A stretch of 64,000 nucleotides of DNA from a virus. Positions 38,603 through 48,233 of this stretch are shown here, one piece after another (the stretch's first letter is position 1; each line of letters opens with the position of its first letter). The stretch is from IMG/VR virus record IMGVR_UViG_3300011269_000001; one strand, 5' to 3'. Position numbers and translations under genes: made by a program. Below the pieces are notes generated by a model. That model was not told where the DNA came from. It saw only the letters and a list, made by a program, of their open reading frames with translations, and ran no database searches.

Positions 38603-39526
38603 TTACTCCCCTTGTACACCGCTAGATGCGATGGTGATTGCCTTGGCAATTGTTCCGCCCTGTGCTCGCAGTGCCATGTCCGCGTGCTGGACGTTAATCA
38701 TGTTCTGTTGCTCCGGAGAAATCGGTGGAAATGGCACTATACCAACTCCCGGCTTCGGGCGTGCTGGCGGGGTGATGTTCATCCTGACTTCTTTGCCGTC
38801 TTCAGTCACGACTGTTTTGAAAACCTTTCCGTCTTCAACTTCCACCGCCGGGTCATCCCTGAGGGCTGGGGGAAGTTCTGCTTTGCTCTTGTATCTCCCA
38901 GCGGTACTCTTGGCCTGTTTCCTCGTGGCGACAGGTTTTGGTATCACCTTAGATTGTGTCTGGATTGCAGACTTTCTCAGTGCCGGAGCCGGAGCGACTG
39001 CTCTGGGAGCAGGACGAGTGATGGTAGCGGTCTCAACCTTTTTCAGGGCAGGGGGTGCAGAAGAAGGTTTTGCCGGAGCCGGTGCCAGTGGTGCTACCAG
39101 GTCCGGTCTTTTCAGGACTCGGGCAGCTAGGGCCTTAAGAGCCGCTACTTCTTCCTGGTCGAAAAGCGGTGGGGGCGGGGGTTCGGCTTTCTTTTCCTCG
39201 GGCTTCATACCCAGGAGAACCGCGAGCCGGCCTCGAATAAATTCTCGGAGTTCGTTCTGTACGGTTTGAGAAGATTCCGTTTCCTCTTCGAACAAGTTGT
39301 CCTTAAGAATCAGATTGTAGTACTGGGCAATGTCAAGCCTTTTCTCAACCTCGGACATCTGGTTTTCGACTTCGTCAGCGTACTCAGCGACAACAGCCTC
39401 GGCTTCTTGCTCTTGTGCTTGAGCGGACGTCTGTGGATTTGCTTCTTGAGCAGGGTCAGCCGCATCTAACCCTTCCATGGGGTCTAAGGGCTCAGGATTT
39501 TCTTGATTGAAGTCAAACGGCATCAA
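38603..39526 (-). CDS. Hypothetical protein with an acidic N-terminus and Pro/Ala-rich linker
   Basis: 307 aa, GAGG RBS, own promoter. Confidence 0.6.
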   Translation of the reverse strand: MMPFDFNQENPEPLDPMEGLDAADPAQEANPQTSAQAQEQEAEAVVAEYADEVENQMSEVEKRLDIAQYYNLILKDNLFEEETESSQTVQNELREFIRGRLAVLLGMKPEEKKAEPPPPPLFDQEEVAALKALAARVLKRPDLVAPLAPAPAKPSSAPPALKKVETATITRPAPRAVAPAPALRKSAIQTQSKVIPKPVATRKQAKSTAGRYKSKAELPPALRDDPAVEVEDGKVFKTVVTEDGKEVRMNITPPARPKPGVGIVPFPPISPEQQNMINVQHADMALRAQGGTIAKAITIASSGVQGE

Positions 39527-39549
39527 ATCCTCAGTTCATCAACGCGTGC

Positions 39550-39558
39550 AGTATAACA
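39550..39558 (-). promoter_or_regulatory. Extended -10 promoter TGtTATACT
   Basis: In the 36-nt gap between RNR and the gene at 39526. Confidence 0.55.
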
Positions 39559-39562
39559 CAAT

Positions 39563-41470
39563 TCATTTCAACTCGCATGCATCCCCGGTGCAGGCAAGAG
39601 CTGAAGAGCCGGTGGTGTTGTCATCGTTTTCGTAATTCGACAGCTTTGAATAGTCGATGACTGGAAATCTTTTAACCATTTCTTCATATTCAGCTTTGGT
39701 GATTTCCTGATAGGGAGCCAATTCATATTTCCCGCCGTCGAAGGGGAGGAACGAGACACCGGAGATGTCGTCAAAATGGTCGTAGACCCAGGAGGCAACC
39801 TGAAGCCATTCGGTCTCTTTCACATAGACGGTCATGCTCTGGTTATGTTCACACCAATGCTTTTTTAATTTCAGGTACCATTCCAGCTGTTCGATGGCTG
39901 TGACGTCATGGCGGGTCAAAGCTTTGGCTGGAGCTGCTTCAGGGAATTCAACAACCCAGGTCATCACATCTTCTGGTTTCCAGTCGGGTCTGCTGCCGGG
40001 GCCTTGATTGAGTTCCGGCACGAACTTGACACCCTGGTCCTTCATCATCCGGTACAGAGGGTCGGTGGCACTTATCCGGTACCGGCGGATGTAAAACTTC
40101 GCGTATCGAGTATGGCCACCTGAGGCACAGTTGACCAGTTGACTGACAGAGCCGCTGGGCTTACCGGTGGTAATGGCCGCGGACATGTTTATACCCAAGG
40201 CCTTGCAAGCCTTCCGACACTCGCGAATTGCCACGTCCCGTAGGTCTTCTAGGCGCTCTTCGGTTATCAACTTGGGGTTGTCCATGAGCCCGGTTAGACT
40301 CACGCCCAGAAGCCTTTCTTTTTCGCACATTTCCTTGAAAGAAGGTCTGATGAATGGGAAGTCGGTAAGGCAGGCTTGCATGACGCCCAGCCACACCGAG
40401 CTTTTTACCTTTTCTTGAAGGGTAGCAAAGGTATCGTGGGCTCTGATGACGTTTTCCGTCAGATTACAGAACTCCCCGGTATCTACTCTGAGAATTATTT
40501 CAAAGCATGGATTAGCTCGAAAATATTCGCTCTCTTCGCGACGGGGACTAGACTTCTTTGCCGCAGCCAGGTTGAAGATACCCCGTTCCCCAGAACCGGA
40601 AGCTGCCAAAGCCGTCCACTCGCGCATGAAGGTAATCATGTCCGGCTTGCCAACGTATACGGCACTGTTGTTACTCTGCCGACGCTGCTCCGGGATGGGG
40701 AAATCCTTAGCATGCCGCATTCGTTCGTCGTCAAGGTCCGAGAATGTGGATTCTGCAGCCCGGCGGATGCCTCCAACTTCAGTGACCAAGCCGCACATAT
40801 TCCCGATGTCCAACCACTCGTCGGAATACAGTCGTCTGCCCTGAGCTTTGAGGATGATGTCTCTGGTAAATTGATGCAGGCGCATCAAAGGCTCTGGGCC
40901 GCTGGCACGGCCGCCCATGGTCTTGAGCCTTGCCCCGCGGCGCCTGACGTTGCTGTAGTTGAACTCTACGTCTTTGCCGTCGAACCAAGTTTCCACACCG
41001 ACCCTGAGACTGGTGGCCCATCCTTCCCTACTGTCGCCAACAACATGTGTCCCGACAGAAAATTCTGTGAAGGGTTTTACCGCCGGTATCTGGTCAATGA
41101 ACTGCTTCTCAATGGCAAAACTACAGCCGGTGCTGCACATGAGGATGTAGAAAAGTTCGGATGTACTCACGAGGTCCTGGAAAGCCAGGGCGCCGCAGTT
41201 GTAGCCGATGATATTGTTTTTCTCCAGTGCTGGCCCAGCGCTCCAGAGAGCGCGCATCGACGGCATCACGTCCATGCTCAAGACTGCTTCCTGGGTCTTT
41301 TGCCAGACTTTCTTCGGGACCTTGGATTCGAACTTCTTCTTGAAGAAAGCAAAATACCTTTCGACAGCCTCTTCCCAGGTCTCACGTCGCTGCAGGCCGT
41401 CCTGCCACCGGGAGTAGGTTCGGTAGAATACGAAGAGCTGTGATGGAGAAAGTGATTTCATTCTTGTCAC
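39563..41470 (-). CDS. nrdJ: Class II (B12-dependent) ribonucleotide reductase, monomeric RTPR type
   Basis: RTYSR, PSMRALW, YNC, GGRASGPEPL, NPCFEI, CNLTE, KPSGSVSQL and C-terminal CTGDAC. Confidence 0.93.
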   Translation of the reverse strand: MTRMKSLSPSQLFVFYRTYSRWQDGLQRRETWEEAVERYFAFFKKKFESKVPKKVWQKTQEAVLSMDVMPSMRALWSAGPALEKNNIIGYNCGALAFQDLVSTSELFYILMCSTGCSFAIEKQFIDQIPAVKPFTEFSVGTHVVGDSREGWATSLRVGVETWFDGKDVEFNYSNVRRRGARLKTMGGRASGPEPLMRLHQFTRDIILKAQGRRLYSDEWLDIGNMCGLVTEVGGIRRAAESTFSDLDDERMRHAKDFPIPEQRRQSNNSAVYVGKPDMITFMREWTALAASGSGERGIFNLAAAKKSSPRREESEYFRANPCFEIILRVDTGEFCNLTENVIRAHDTFATLQEKVKSSVWLGVMQACLTDFPFIRPSFKEMCEKERLLGVSLTGLMDNPKLITEERLEDLRDVAIRECRKACKALGINMSAAITTGKPSGSVSQLVNCASGGHTRYAKFYIRRYRISATDPLYRMMKDQGVKFVPELNQGPGSRPDWKPEDVMTWVVEFPEAAPAKALTRHDVTAIEQLEWYLKLKKHWCEHNQSMTVYVKETEWLQVASWVYDHFDDISGVSFLPFDGGKYELAPYQEITKAEYEEMVKRFPVIDYSKLSNYENDDNTTGSSALACTGDACELK

Positions 41471-41787
41471 CGAACCCTTGGTGGACGTCGAAGTTCATAG
41501 GCTTCAAGATAGGCGGTTGCGTTGCGAGACCTTTCGACGGTGATGCCCCGACCAAGATAAGCGTGATTGCAAAACCAATCAGTCACTCCACGAACATATA
41601 GTTTCCGCTGCTCGGGAGGCATCTGGCGCCATTTTTTTACATGTTCGTGGTCAGTGACCATACGTCCTGTGGTCGGGACCTGTTTGCACACCGGGCAAAC
41701 CCCATCCTGTCGTTCGAGGATAGCCAGCCATTCCTCGGCTGTAAGACCATACTTGTTCAGTGTGGTCTTCGACGGTACCTTAACCAT
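41467..41787 (-). CDS. Endonuclease VII-like resolvase
   Basis: KYGLT...Q.GVCPVC...VTDHEH...VRG...CN..LG. Confidence 0.85.
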   Translation of the reverse strand: MVKVPSKTTLNKYGLTAEEWLAILERQDGVCPVCKQVPTTGRMVTDHEHVKKWRQMPPEQRKLYVRGVTDWFCNHAYLGRGITVERSRNATAYLEAYELRRPPRVR

Positions 41788-41797
41788 GACTAGAAGT

Positions 41798-42088
41798 TTA
41801 TCGCTTGCCGCGAGCTTCCAGAATGGAATGCGCGAAGCTGATGCGAAGCCTGTTCATCTTCGTCGCTTCCGAATACTGCTCCCCGGCAAACTTAGCTGCG
41901 TCGCGCTTTTCTTTGAGGTCTTGGTCAGCTTTCTTTGCCGCCAGATTCTCAACTTCATTCATCGCGACTTCGGCAATCCGCTGGCTGATTTCTTCGTCAG
42001 TCATGCCGGCGACGTTCTCTTTGAACTCCACATCCAAGTCAGCCCAAGGGCTTTTGTCTTTTTTCATGCGACGCATTAGAGTCTCCAA
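41798..42088 (-). CDS. Coiled-coil hypothetical protein
   Basis: 96-aa helical ORF. Confidence 0.55.
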   Translation of the reverse strand: METLMRRMKKDKSPWADLDVEFKENVAGMTDEEISQRIAEVAMNEVENLAAKKADQDLKEKRDAAKFAGEQYSEATKMNRLRISFAHSILEARGKR

Positions 42089-42139
42089 TATTCTGTGTAA
42101 TGCATTTTCGTTTCAGACCGAATATAGTCTGAGGACAGA

Positions 42140-42148
42140 AGTATATCA
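42140..42148 (-). promoter_or_regulatory. Extended -10 promoter TGaTATACT
   Basis: Intergenic 42089-42155. Confidence 0.55.
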
Positions 42149-42155
42149 CGAATCC

Positions 42156-42461
42156 TCAGTTCTTCTTCGGAGCTTTTGGCTTCGGGTCCCCGTCATCGTA
42201 GTCGTGGTAATCGACGTCCGGTTCTGAGTACTGGTTCCAGAGAAGGATTTCAAATTTCTCTTGCCAGTCGGGAACTAACAGCCCTCTTCGGTTCAAAAGC
42301 GCCAAGGACCCCTGAAGATAAGAAATCGCCACCAGCTCACCTTCGCCGAGGTCGTATTGCCCCGAGTCTGGGAGAATGCAGGGTCTGGGCGCTTCAAGGA
42401 GTGCTGTCCGAGCAGCTGACTTCAGAAGTAGAACCTCTTGCACCGTTAGTCTTTTGGACAC
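42156..42461 (-). CDS. Hypothetical protein
   Basis: 101 aa, overlaps the SbcC end. Confidence 0.5.
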   Translation of the reverse strand: MSKRLTVQEVLLLKSAARTALLEAPRPCILPDSGQYDLGEGELVAISYLQGSLALLNRRGLLVPDWQEKFEILLWNQYSEPDVDYHDYDDGDPKPKAPKKN

Positions 42462-44581
42462 GAGACCACCCGAGAATGCCCAGTCGATTTGTCGAATTCA
42501 ATGTCGATAAACTGCGAAAAAGATTCTTTAACTTCGGTCATGTGGTCAATCACCAGGATGAGCTTCTCCTGAGCATAGCTGCGAAGAACTTCCAATGCGG
42601 ATTCCTTAGTCACCAGTCCCTGGCCTTCCCCGCTTTCGTCCATTGAGAACCAACCAGGCATGCAACCAGTCCGGCGTTGAATCACGTCCATGAGAGCCAG
42701 GTCGACGATTTGATGCACGCTGGCTTTCATGCCGCCACTGAGCGCCGCTTCGAGTCTACCTTCGTGGCCGCCGACATTCACCAACGGCACGATGGACTTC
42801 TTGAGCGTACCTTTCTGCAGGAGTGATTCGGTCCTGAACCTAATAGTCACATGAGATACGTTCGGTAACCGTCCAAGTCGGGTATTGGCCTCTTCACTGA
42901 TTTCCTGCAGGATTTCGTCGAAAACCAGCCCCAGGAATCCGTTGCGGCCCACCATTTCCACGTAGTCTTTTTCCTGGGCCAAACTCTTCTGCAAGGTCGT
43001 CAGCTTTCCCTGAGCCACAATTACCAATTCTTCCTGAGTCAGGACTTCTTGGGTATTGCGGTCGTATTCTCTTTGCTTCCATTCGTTCCCACCCTTGATG
43101 GCTTCAATCTTGTTTCGGGCATGGGCGATGAAGTTCCCCAACTCAAGCACCTTTGCAAGCCGGCTAGAGACCAAAGCCTCGGCTTCCATTTCTTTTTTGT
43201 ATTTCTCCCGGCGGACGTTCTCAAAGTCAGCTCTCAGCGCAGTCGTCTTTGTGTTCAGCGCGTCAAGGGCTTGGAGCTTTTCTCTTTCAAATCGGGCGGC
43301 CTCGGCGCTAATATCATCATCGAATCGTATCTTCAGGTCTTCAAGCTTCTTGATGTCTTCGTGAGGCTGGAATGCATTTTGCGCAACGGCGATGGCACGT
43401 TGGACCGTGATGGTGAACGGGATAACTACGTTTTGGATGTTGTGAATCTTTGTCTTGAGCTGAGCCATTTCCTCCATGTACTTGGAGATATCCATGGCAA
43501 CATCCTGAGGCCATTCCTGACCGCACGTCGGGCAAAGGTCTTCCTTGACGGCCTTGATTTTGGCTTCAATGGAATGAAGTTCTTTTTCCAGGTGCGGGAG
43601 ACTGGCAGCAATACTGAGGGCTCCGGTCAGTTTCTGCCTCATGTCCTGAATGGCTGCGTCTTCTTTCTTTTTCCGGGCGGTGTCATCAGCCTGAAGGTCT
43701 TTGATTCTTTTGATGATACTCTCCCGAAGAGCTACCAATTCACTCTTGGGCATTACCTGAGCACGTACCTCCCGGGCATCTTTTTCAAGACCGAGGATGA
43801 CCGCGGATAGGTCGTCCATCTTCTTGTTAAACCCGCCCTCGCTAATATTCTGTGATGACAGAACCTTAACCGCCTGCTTGGCTTCTTCGTGTTGGTTCTT
43901 CGCTTCTTCAAGCCTGCGCTGCGCATCCTCCAGGACAGTCACAACCCCAGAATCGTCTTCGAAAATAAGCTGTCCGGTGTTGTTCTTCTTTCTTTCTAGG
44001 GCTTGCTTCTCGCTTTGTAGAGCAGCTTCCAGCTGAGGTAACTGCCTGGTCAGGTTTTTGATTTCTTCTTCGGCTGCGTCCACCGAGGCCTCGAACCGGT
44101 CCAGGCCCACCAGTTGAGATAGGAATTCTTTTTTCTCTGAGTCAGTCTTGCTGAGGAACAGACCTCCGCGGGCCTGTGCTCTATACGTCAGCGCAGCTAG
44201 AACTTCTGGAATCTGACCAAAGACCTTCTGAAAATTCTCGCTGATGGCCCGGGCGCCGGTGATGGTTTGGTCGCCAATCTTGAGAACGTTTTTCTTTCCG
44301 CGGCCAATGACTACGTCACCTTGTGGTGTGCCCAGGCACAAGTAGACCTGCAGGGGCTCGTCAGTAAGCCAAGACTGTAATTCAGTCGCCGGCAATTGAC
44401 CAGGAAAATCCAGGGCGTAAGCAATGGCCAAATTGACATTGCTCTTCCCGGTTCCGCTCGATTCACCGCTCTTGTTGTCGTTGCCTCGGATGAGAACGAG
44501 ACCAGTCTCAGGGAATTTGATGAAAGCCTCTTCCGCGAAACTTCGAAAGGCTTTCATTTTCAGCCACTTGAGTCTTATCAC
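42446..44581 (-). CDS. SbcC/Rad50/gp46-like SMC ATPase
   Basis: Walker A SGTGKS, Zn hook CPTCGQ, signature LSGG, Walker B MDE and H-loop IDH. Confidence 0.93.
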   Translation of the reverse strand: MIRLKWLKMKAFRSFAEEAFIKFPETGLVLIRGNDNKSGESSGTGKSNVNLAIAYALDFPGQLPATELQSWLTDEPLQVYLCLGTPQGDVVIGRGKKNVLKIGDQTITGARAISENFQKVFGQIPEVLAALTYRAQARGGLFLSKTDSEKKEFLSQLVGLDRFEASVDAAEEEIKNLTRQLPQLEAALQSEKQALERKKNNTGQLIFEDDSGVVTVLEDAQRRLEEAKNQHEEAKQAVKVLSSQNISEGGFNKKMDDLSAVILGLEKDAREVRAQVMPKSELVALRESIIKRIKDLQADDTARKKKEDAAIQDMRQKLTGALSIAASLPHLEKELHSIEAKIKAVKEDLCPTCGQEWPQDVAMDISKYMEEMAQLKTKIHNIQNVVIPFTITVQRAIAVAQNAFQPHEDIKKLEDLKIRFDDDISAEAARFEREKLQALDALNTKTTALRADFENVRREKYKKEMEAEALVSSRLAKVLELGNFIAHARNKIEAIKGGNEWKQREYDRNTQEVLTQEELVIVAQGKLTTLQKSLAQEKDYVEMVGRNGFLGLVFDEILQEISEEANTRLGRLPNVSHVTIRFRTESLLQKGTLKKSIVPLVNVGGHEGRLEAALSGGMKASVHQIVDLALMDVIQRRTGCMPGWFSMDESGEGQGLVTKESALEVLRSYAQEKLILVIDHMTEVKESFSQFIDIEFDKSTGHSRVVSCPKD

Positions 44582-44835
44582 TTGTTTTCTTCCATTTCTC
44601 GGTCAAACTTCAGAGAGCGTTCGCGGTGAATTCTCTCAGCATCGGCGGGCCTTGTCAATTTGCGAATCATAACCCCGTTGTCAAGGGTCTCGACAACCTG
44701 GGCCTGAGAGCCTTTCGGAGTCCGCACCAGGACCTTGCCGCAGATGCAATACCGCTGAACTTCGACTTCTTCTGTGCTGAGAAGTCTACGTTCCTTGCGG
44801 CCGCAGCCGGGACATTGGAAATAATACAAAGGCAC
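44578..44835 (-). CDS. FmdB-like Zn-ribbon protein
   Basis: GTG start MPLYYFQCPGCG...CICG. Confidence 0.7.
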   Translation of the reverse strand: MPLYYFQCPGCGRKERRLLSTEEVEVQRYCICGKVLVRTPKGSQAQVVETLDNGVMIRKLTRPADAERIHRERSLKFDREMEENK

Positions 44836-44837
44836 GT

Positions 44838-46610
44838 CTAGGCTCTTTCGTCGGCTTCGTTGACGTTGGCACTGCGAATCCATTCAGCTGTATCCCGGGC
44901 TTCGGTCCTTTCCACTTCTAGGTCTCTCTTGAAAGCCACGGTTCCGCCACAGGTCCCGAGCTGCGAAGCGATGCTGAGGCTGGTCTGGATAGCTACCCTA
45001 ACCGCGGGTACGCTATCCAAAATTCCTCCCTCAAGAGCATCGACATACTTACCTTCAAGGGCGTCGTAGACGGTCTTGGAATTCCTCATGGACTCAGTGA
45101 TTTTGCCGATGATGGTGTCAACCTCTTCGGTCGTGTGACCAGAATTTGAGAAAATGAGTGCCGCAGTCTCTTTGAGAGCCGGAGCCAGGACTTGCTTGAG
45201 GATTTCGGTCTGTAGTGAATGTTCGACCAGGTTAATTTCCCGGGCAATTTTCAAGAGAGTCCAACCTCCACCCGGAAGGGCTCCGTGGTTGATAGTACCT
45301 CGGACTCCGCAGACTGCATCTTCAGCCCTGTCTCTTTTTTCCCGGGTCTCACCGAAGCTCGAACCGAAAACCTTCAGTTTGGCGATGCCGCCGGTGAGCT
45401 TGCCGATGCGTTCCTGGACGAGAGCCTTCTCCAATTCCCCGGACTCGGCTTGAATCTGCTTCTGAAGATTGTCGACCCGCTCCAGGACCAGGATTTCATC
45501 GTTCCTGCCGATGATTGCAGACCGGAAGCGACCGGCTTCGAATGCCGTAACCCCGCCACCAAGCTCGTTCAGTTCTGCGCGCTCCAGCGGAAAATCCAGG
45601 CCGTCAAAAATCTTCGCCCCGGTCAGAGCTGAAAGGTCCTTCAGGAATTCATACTGACCAGTTCGCATAGCACTCAGTGGCGCCAGCAACGGATAGACGT
45701 TGATGCTGTGTGCATCCAGGAAGTTCACGGCAAAGTCGGCCAGAGCAGCCTCACTGAATTTCGTGGCCACGAGGACGACATTGTGCGCATACCCTTGATT
45801 CTGCCAGGCATCGCCGATGCGCTCCAGAAGCAGGACCGCGGTCTGGGTCTGATTGATTGGCCCATGGTAGAGAATGAAGACCGGACGCTCCAGGTAACAA
45901 ACCTGTGCCGCAGGGTCGTTGATGAACTTTTGGTAGAACGGTCCGCAGCAATCCTCATAGCCGATAGGAATCGGGTAACCGTCAATCTTCTCGGCCTCGT
46001 AGTGGCTTTCGCCCGGTAACTCCATGATGGTCACGTTGCCGTCATCACCGACAAGCCGAAAGCATTCCATCACGGCTTCTGCGAGGGCTGTGTCACCGTT
46101 GGCACTGACCTTGGCCACGGACTTGAGGATATTCAAGCCCTCTGGGGTCGTACTATCCGCGGGGATGGAATTCTGCTTGATGGTCGGTTCAACGTACCAC
46201 CGGAAGGCGTCTTCCAGGGTTCTGACAACTCGCTGTGGAGAAATCTTTGGGTTTGCTTGGCAATATTCGCTTATCTTCCGGGTAATGGCCTCTGCGAGCA
46301 CGGTTGCGGTCGTGGTCCCGTCGCCGGCCTCGTTGGCCGTCCGGACCGCAGCATCACGAACCGATTCCATGATGAGTTGCGAGGTGCTGTCATTGAACCC
46401 AAGGTGCCTGAATACCGTTACCCCGTCCTTCGTGACCATTGGCGGCAGTCCCACTTCCTGTCTCTCGATGAGCACCGGCATCCCGCCCGGTCCCAGAGTC
46501 GCCCCCACCATGTCCGCGCAGGTCTTCAGGGTGCTGAGAACTTTCTTCTGCAGCTGCGGACCTTTTACGAACATGTCTTTGCTTACTGACTTTGGCTTCT
46601 GATATTGCAT
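44838..46610 (-). CDS. groEL: Chaperonin GroEL-like
   Basis: TLGPGG, TKDGVTV, AGDGTTTATVLA, ERIGKLTGG, EKRDRAEDA and PGGG. Confidence 0.95.
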   Translation of the reverse strand: MQYQKPKSVSKDMFVKGPQLQKKVLSTLKTCADMVGATLGPGGMPVLIERQEVGLPPMVTKDGVTVFRHLGFNDSTSQLIMESVRDAAVRTANEAGDGTTTATVLAEAITRKISEYCQANPKISPQRVVRTLEDAFRWYVEPTIKQNSIPADSTTPEGLNILKSVAKVSANGDTALAEAVMECFRLVGDDGNVTIMELPGESHYEAEKIDGYPIPIGYEDCCGPFYQKFINDPAAQVCYLERPVFILYHGPINQTQTAVLLLERIGDAWQNQGYAHNVVLVATKFSEAALADFAVNFLDAHSINVYPLLAPLSAMRTGQYEFLKDLSALTGAKIFDGLDFPLERAELNELGGGVTAFEAGRFRSAIIGRNDEILVLERVDNLQKQIQAESGELEKALVQERIGKLTGGIAKLKVFGSSFGETREKRDRAEDAVCGVRGTINHGALPGGGWTLLKIAREINLVEHSLQTEILKQVLAPALKETAALIFSNSGHTTEEVDTIIGKITESMRNSKTVYDALEGKYVDALEGGILDSVPAVRVAIQTSLSIASQLGTCGGTVAFKRDLEVERTEARDTAEWIRSANVNEADERA

Positions 46611-47097
46611 CTTGGTCCTCGTTGACGATGATGGTCCGGTCGTTGGCCCATCCTTGTCCCAAAAAATATCTTTTGCGTCGAACGGAGATTATACCACCTT
46701 CTTGGAACTTTTTCAGGTATCTCTGAGTTTGACTTCGGCTCAACCCCGAGGCTGCAGCAAGTTGTTTATCACTCATGGTGCAGGGATTTCTCCTCCCGAG
46801 AATCATGAGCAGGACTTCTTTTCTATTGACCTCTTTCCCGATTCGGTCGTTGAGAAGGTCAGGGTACATCTTCATGAATGACCAGAGGCTCTTTTGTCTT
46901 TCCTCGTGAGAAGCGAACTCAACTAGCTCCTGGTAAACGACCCTGTCCGGAAGAATTCCTGGCGGGGTCAAGGCCTTCATCCTGAGCCATTGTTCTTCCG
47001 GGGATGGTTCTCCGGAGTCTACAGACCCAACGTAAAAAACTTTCCCGTTTCTGGGGTCCGCGAAGGTAAAAATTCTGCCTTTCCAAGCTTCTGTCAC
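46390..47097 (-). CDS. GIY-YIG-like N-terminus plus winged-HTH protein (regulator or initiator candidate)
   Basis: IFTFADPRNGKVFYVGS and SDKQLAAASGLSRSQTQRYLKKFQEGGIISV wHTH. C-terminal 221 nt overlap groEL. Confidence 0.55.
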   Translation of the reverse strand: MTEAWKGRIFTFADPRNGKVFYVGSVDSGEPSPEEQWLRMKALTPPGILPDRVVYQELVEFASHEERQKSLWSFMKMYPDLLNDRIGKEVNRKEVLLMILGRRNPCTMSDKQLAAASGLSRSQTQRYLKKFQEGGIISVRRKRYFLGQGWANDRTIIVNEDQDAISEAKVSKQRHVRKRSAAAEESSQHPEDLRGHGGGDSGTGRDAGAHRETGSGTAANGHEGRGNGIQAPWVQ

Positions 47098-47104
47098 GGC
47101 CGGT

Positions 47105-47113
47105 ATGGTAGCA
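47105..47113 (-). promoter_or_regulatory. Extended -10 promoter TGcTACCAT, 7 nt before the GTG start (leaderless)
   Basis: Spacing puts the transcription start at or next to the start codon. No RBS present. Confidence 0.45.
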
Positions 47114-47118
47114 CGAAC

Positions 47119-47260
47119 GATGAGGCTTCACCAACACTGAAGCCTCATCCGAAAGAAAAAATAAAACGGTGCTTCACAGTACCTACATCTCTGAAGCGTC
47201 AGTTTATTTTTCCTCTCCCCGGATCTGAAGCCTCAGTTTATTTTTGATGAGGCTTCAGTG
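47119..47260. repeat. Cluster of TGAAGCCTCA direct/inverted repeats (origin or operator candidate)
   Basis: GATGAGGCTTCA 47119-47130 and TGAAGCCTCATC 47138-47149 form an inverted pair. 22-bp direct repeat TCTGAAGC(G/C)TCAGTTTATTTTT at 47190 and 47224. GATGAGGCTTCAGTG at 47246-47260. Confidence 0.85.
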
Positions 47261-47409
47261 TCACTATCTAAATCCTATTATCATGACACATATAAGAAGG
47301 TGATTTTTTGAGTTCGTAGAATTCTGACAGCTTAACAAATTGGCTGCGCCTTAATGGGAAAAATTTTCTTTTTCGCGTCAGAGCCCCGGTTTGGTGTATA
47401 CTCAAAGTC

Positions 47410-48081
47410 TTGAGGTGGATGACAATGCTCGTGAACTTCGTCGGTAGTCCAGCAAGTGGGAAGACCACTACCGCGGCTATGCTCTTTGCTACCCTGAAGG
47501 AAAGAGGATTGGCAGCTGAGTTCATCACCGAAGTAGCTCGTTACTACATCGCTGAAAGAAAGTTTTTTCTGGCTCTGGAGAATTTGGAAATGCCGGTTCT
47601 CTACGACCTAGACCAATGCAAAATCATGGACCGTCAATACAGGACAGAGTACACGATGGTCATCAACGGAGGAAGAGATTCTCTGATTATCAGCGATGGA
47701 AGTCCATTGAACTCTCTTCTCTACATGACTCCGGAATTTCGCCAGAACCCCTTGATTCAAGACCTCGTGGAAAGAACCAAACGGCTAATGGAAGGTCCAT
47801 GTGGTCTACCAAAGTCCCTGACGTTTATCTGTGCCCCGGTAGACCGTGACCGCAACATCCCCGACCCTAACAGAGCCCATGACTTAGAGCAGATTAAGAA
47901 AATCGATAGTCAACTCATTGACGTCATGAATCAAACCGGATTGGGACTGCTGACAGAACCCGGAGTCTTTCTGGAGGCACTTGGGGAATGGAAGGAAGCC
48001 CGCTGGATTTGGTTGACCGGTGACACTCAGCGAAGACTTACCGATGCCTTGGAATGGGTTTACCGAAGGTTATGTGAATGA
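47410..48081 (+). CDS. P-loop nucleotide kinase/ATPase (NadR/AAA_28-like)
   Basis: NFVGSPASGKTT, EFITEVAR and IISDGSPL. TATACT at 47397-47402 upstream. Confidence 0.8.
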   Translation: MRWMTMLVNFVGSPASGKTTTAAMLFATLKERGLAAEFITEVARYYIAERKFFLALENLEMPVLYDLDQCKIMDRQYRTEYTMVINGGRDSLIISDGSPLNSLLYMTPEFRQNPLIQDLVERTKRLMEGPCGLPKSLTFICAPVDRDRNIPDPNRAHDLEQIKKIDSQLIDVMNQTGLGLLTEPGVFLEALGEWKEARWIWLTGDTQRRLTDALEWVYRRLCE

Positions 48082-48233
48082 AAAAAGTTCGTTGCTTTAT
48101 TTGTCAGAGAGTGTTCAAGCATCGGCAACCAGGAATCTGGGTGGCCCGACACTTCCCTAACTGCCCAAAGTGGAAGTACCTGACAGAGCCGCGTCGCCTG
48201 GTTTATCGAAATGGTTCCTGGTGGGATGAATGA
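48078..48233 (+). CDS. 51-aa Zn-finger-like protein (not in the ORF track)
   Basis: MKKVRCFICQRVFKH...RHFPNCPKW...WWDE. ATGA overlaps with both neighbours. Confidence 0.65.
   Translation: MKKVRCFICQRVFKHRQPGIWVARHFPNCPKWKYLTEPRRLVYRNGSWWDE

Noticed and set aside
37806-39269. 487-aa + strand ORF, and other long antisense ORFs such as 40376-41443, 56670-57536 and 10705-11520
   Set aside because: They are shadow frames of well-supported genes on the opposite strand, with no motifs or RBS.
47119-47260. Repeats as a mini-CRISPR array
   Set aside because: Units are short, of mixed orientation and irregularly spaced, and there are no cas genes.
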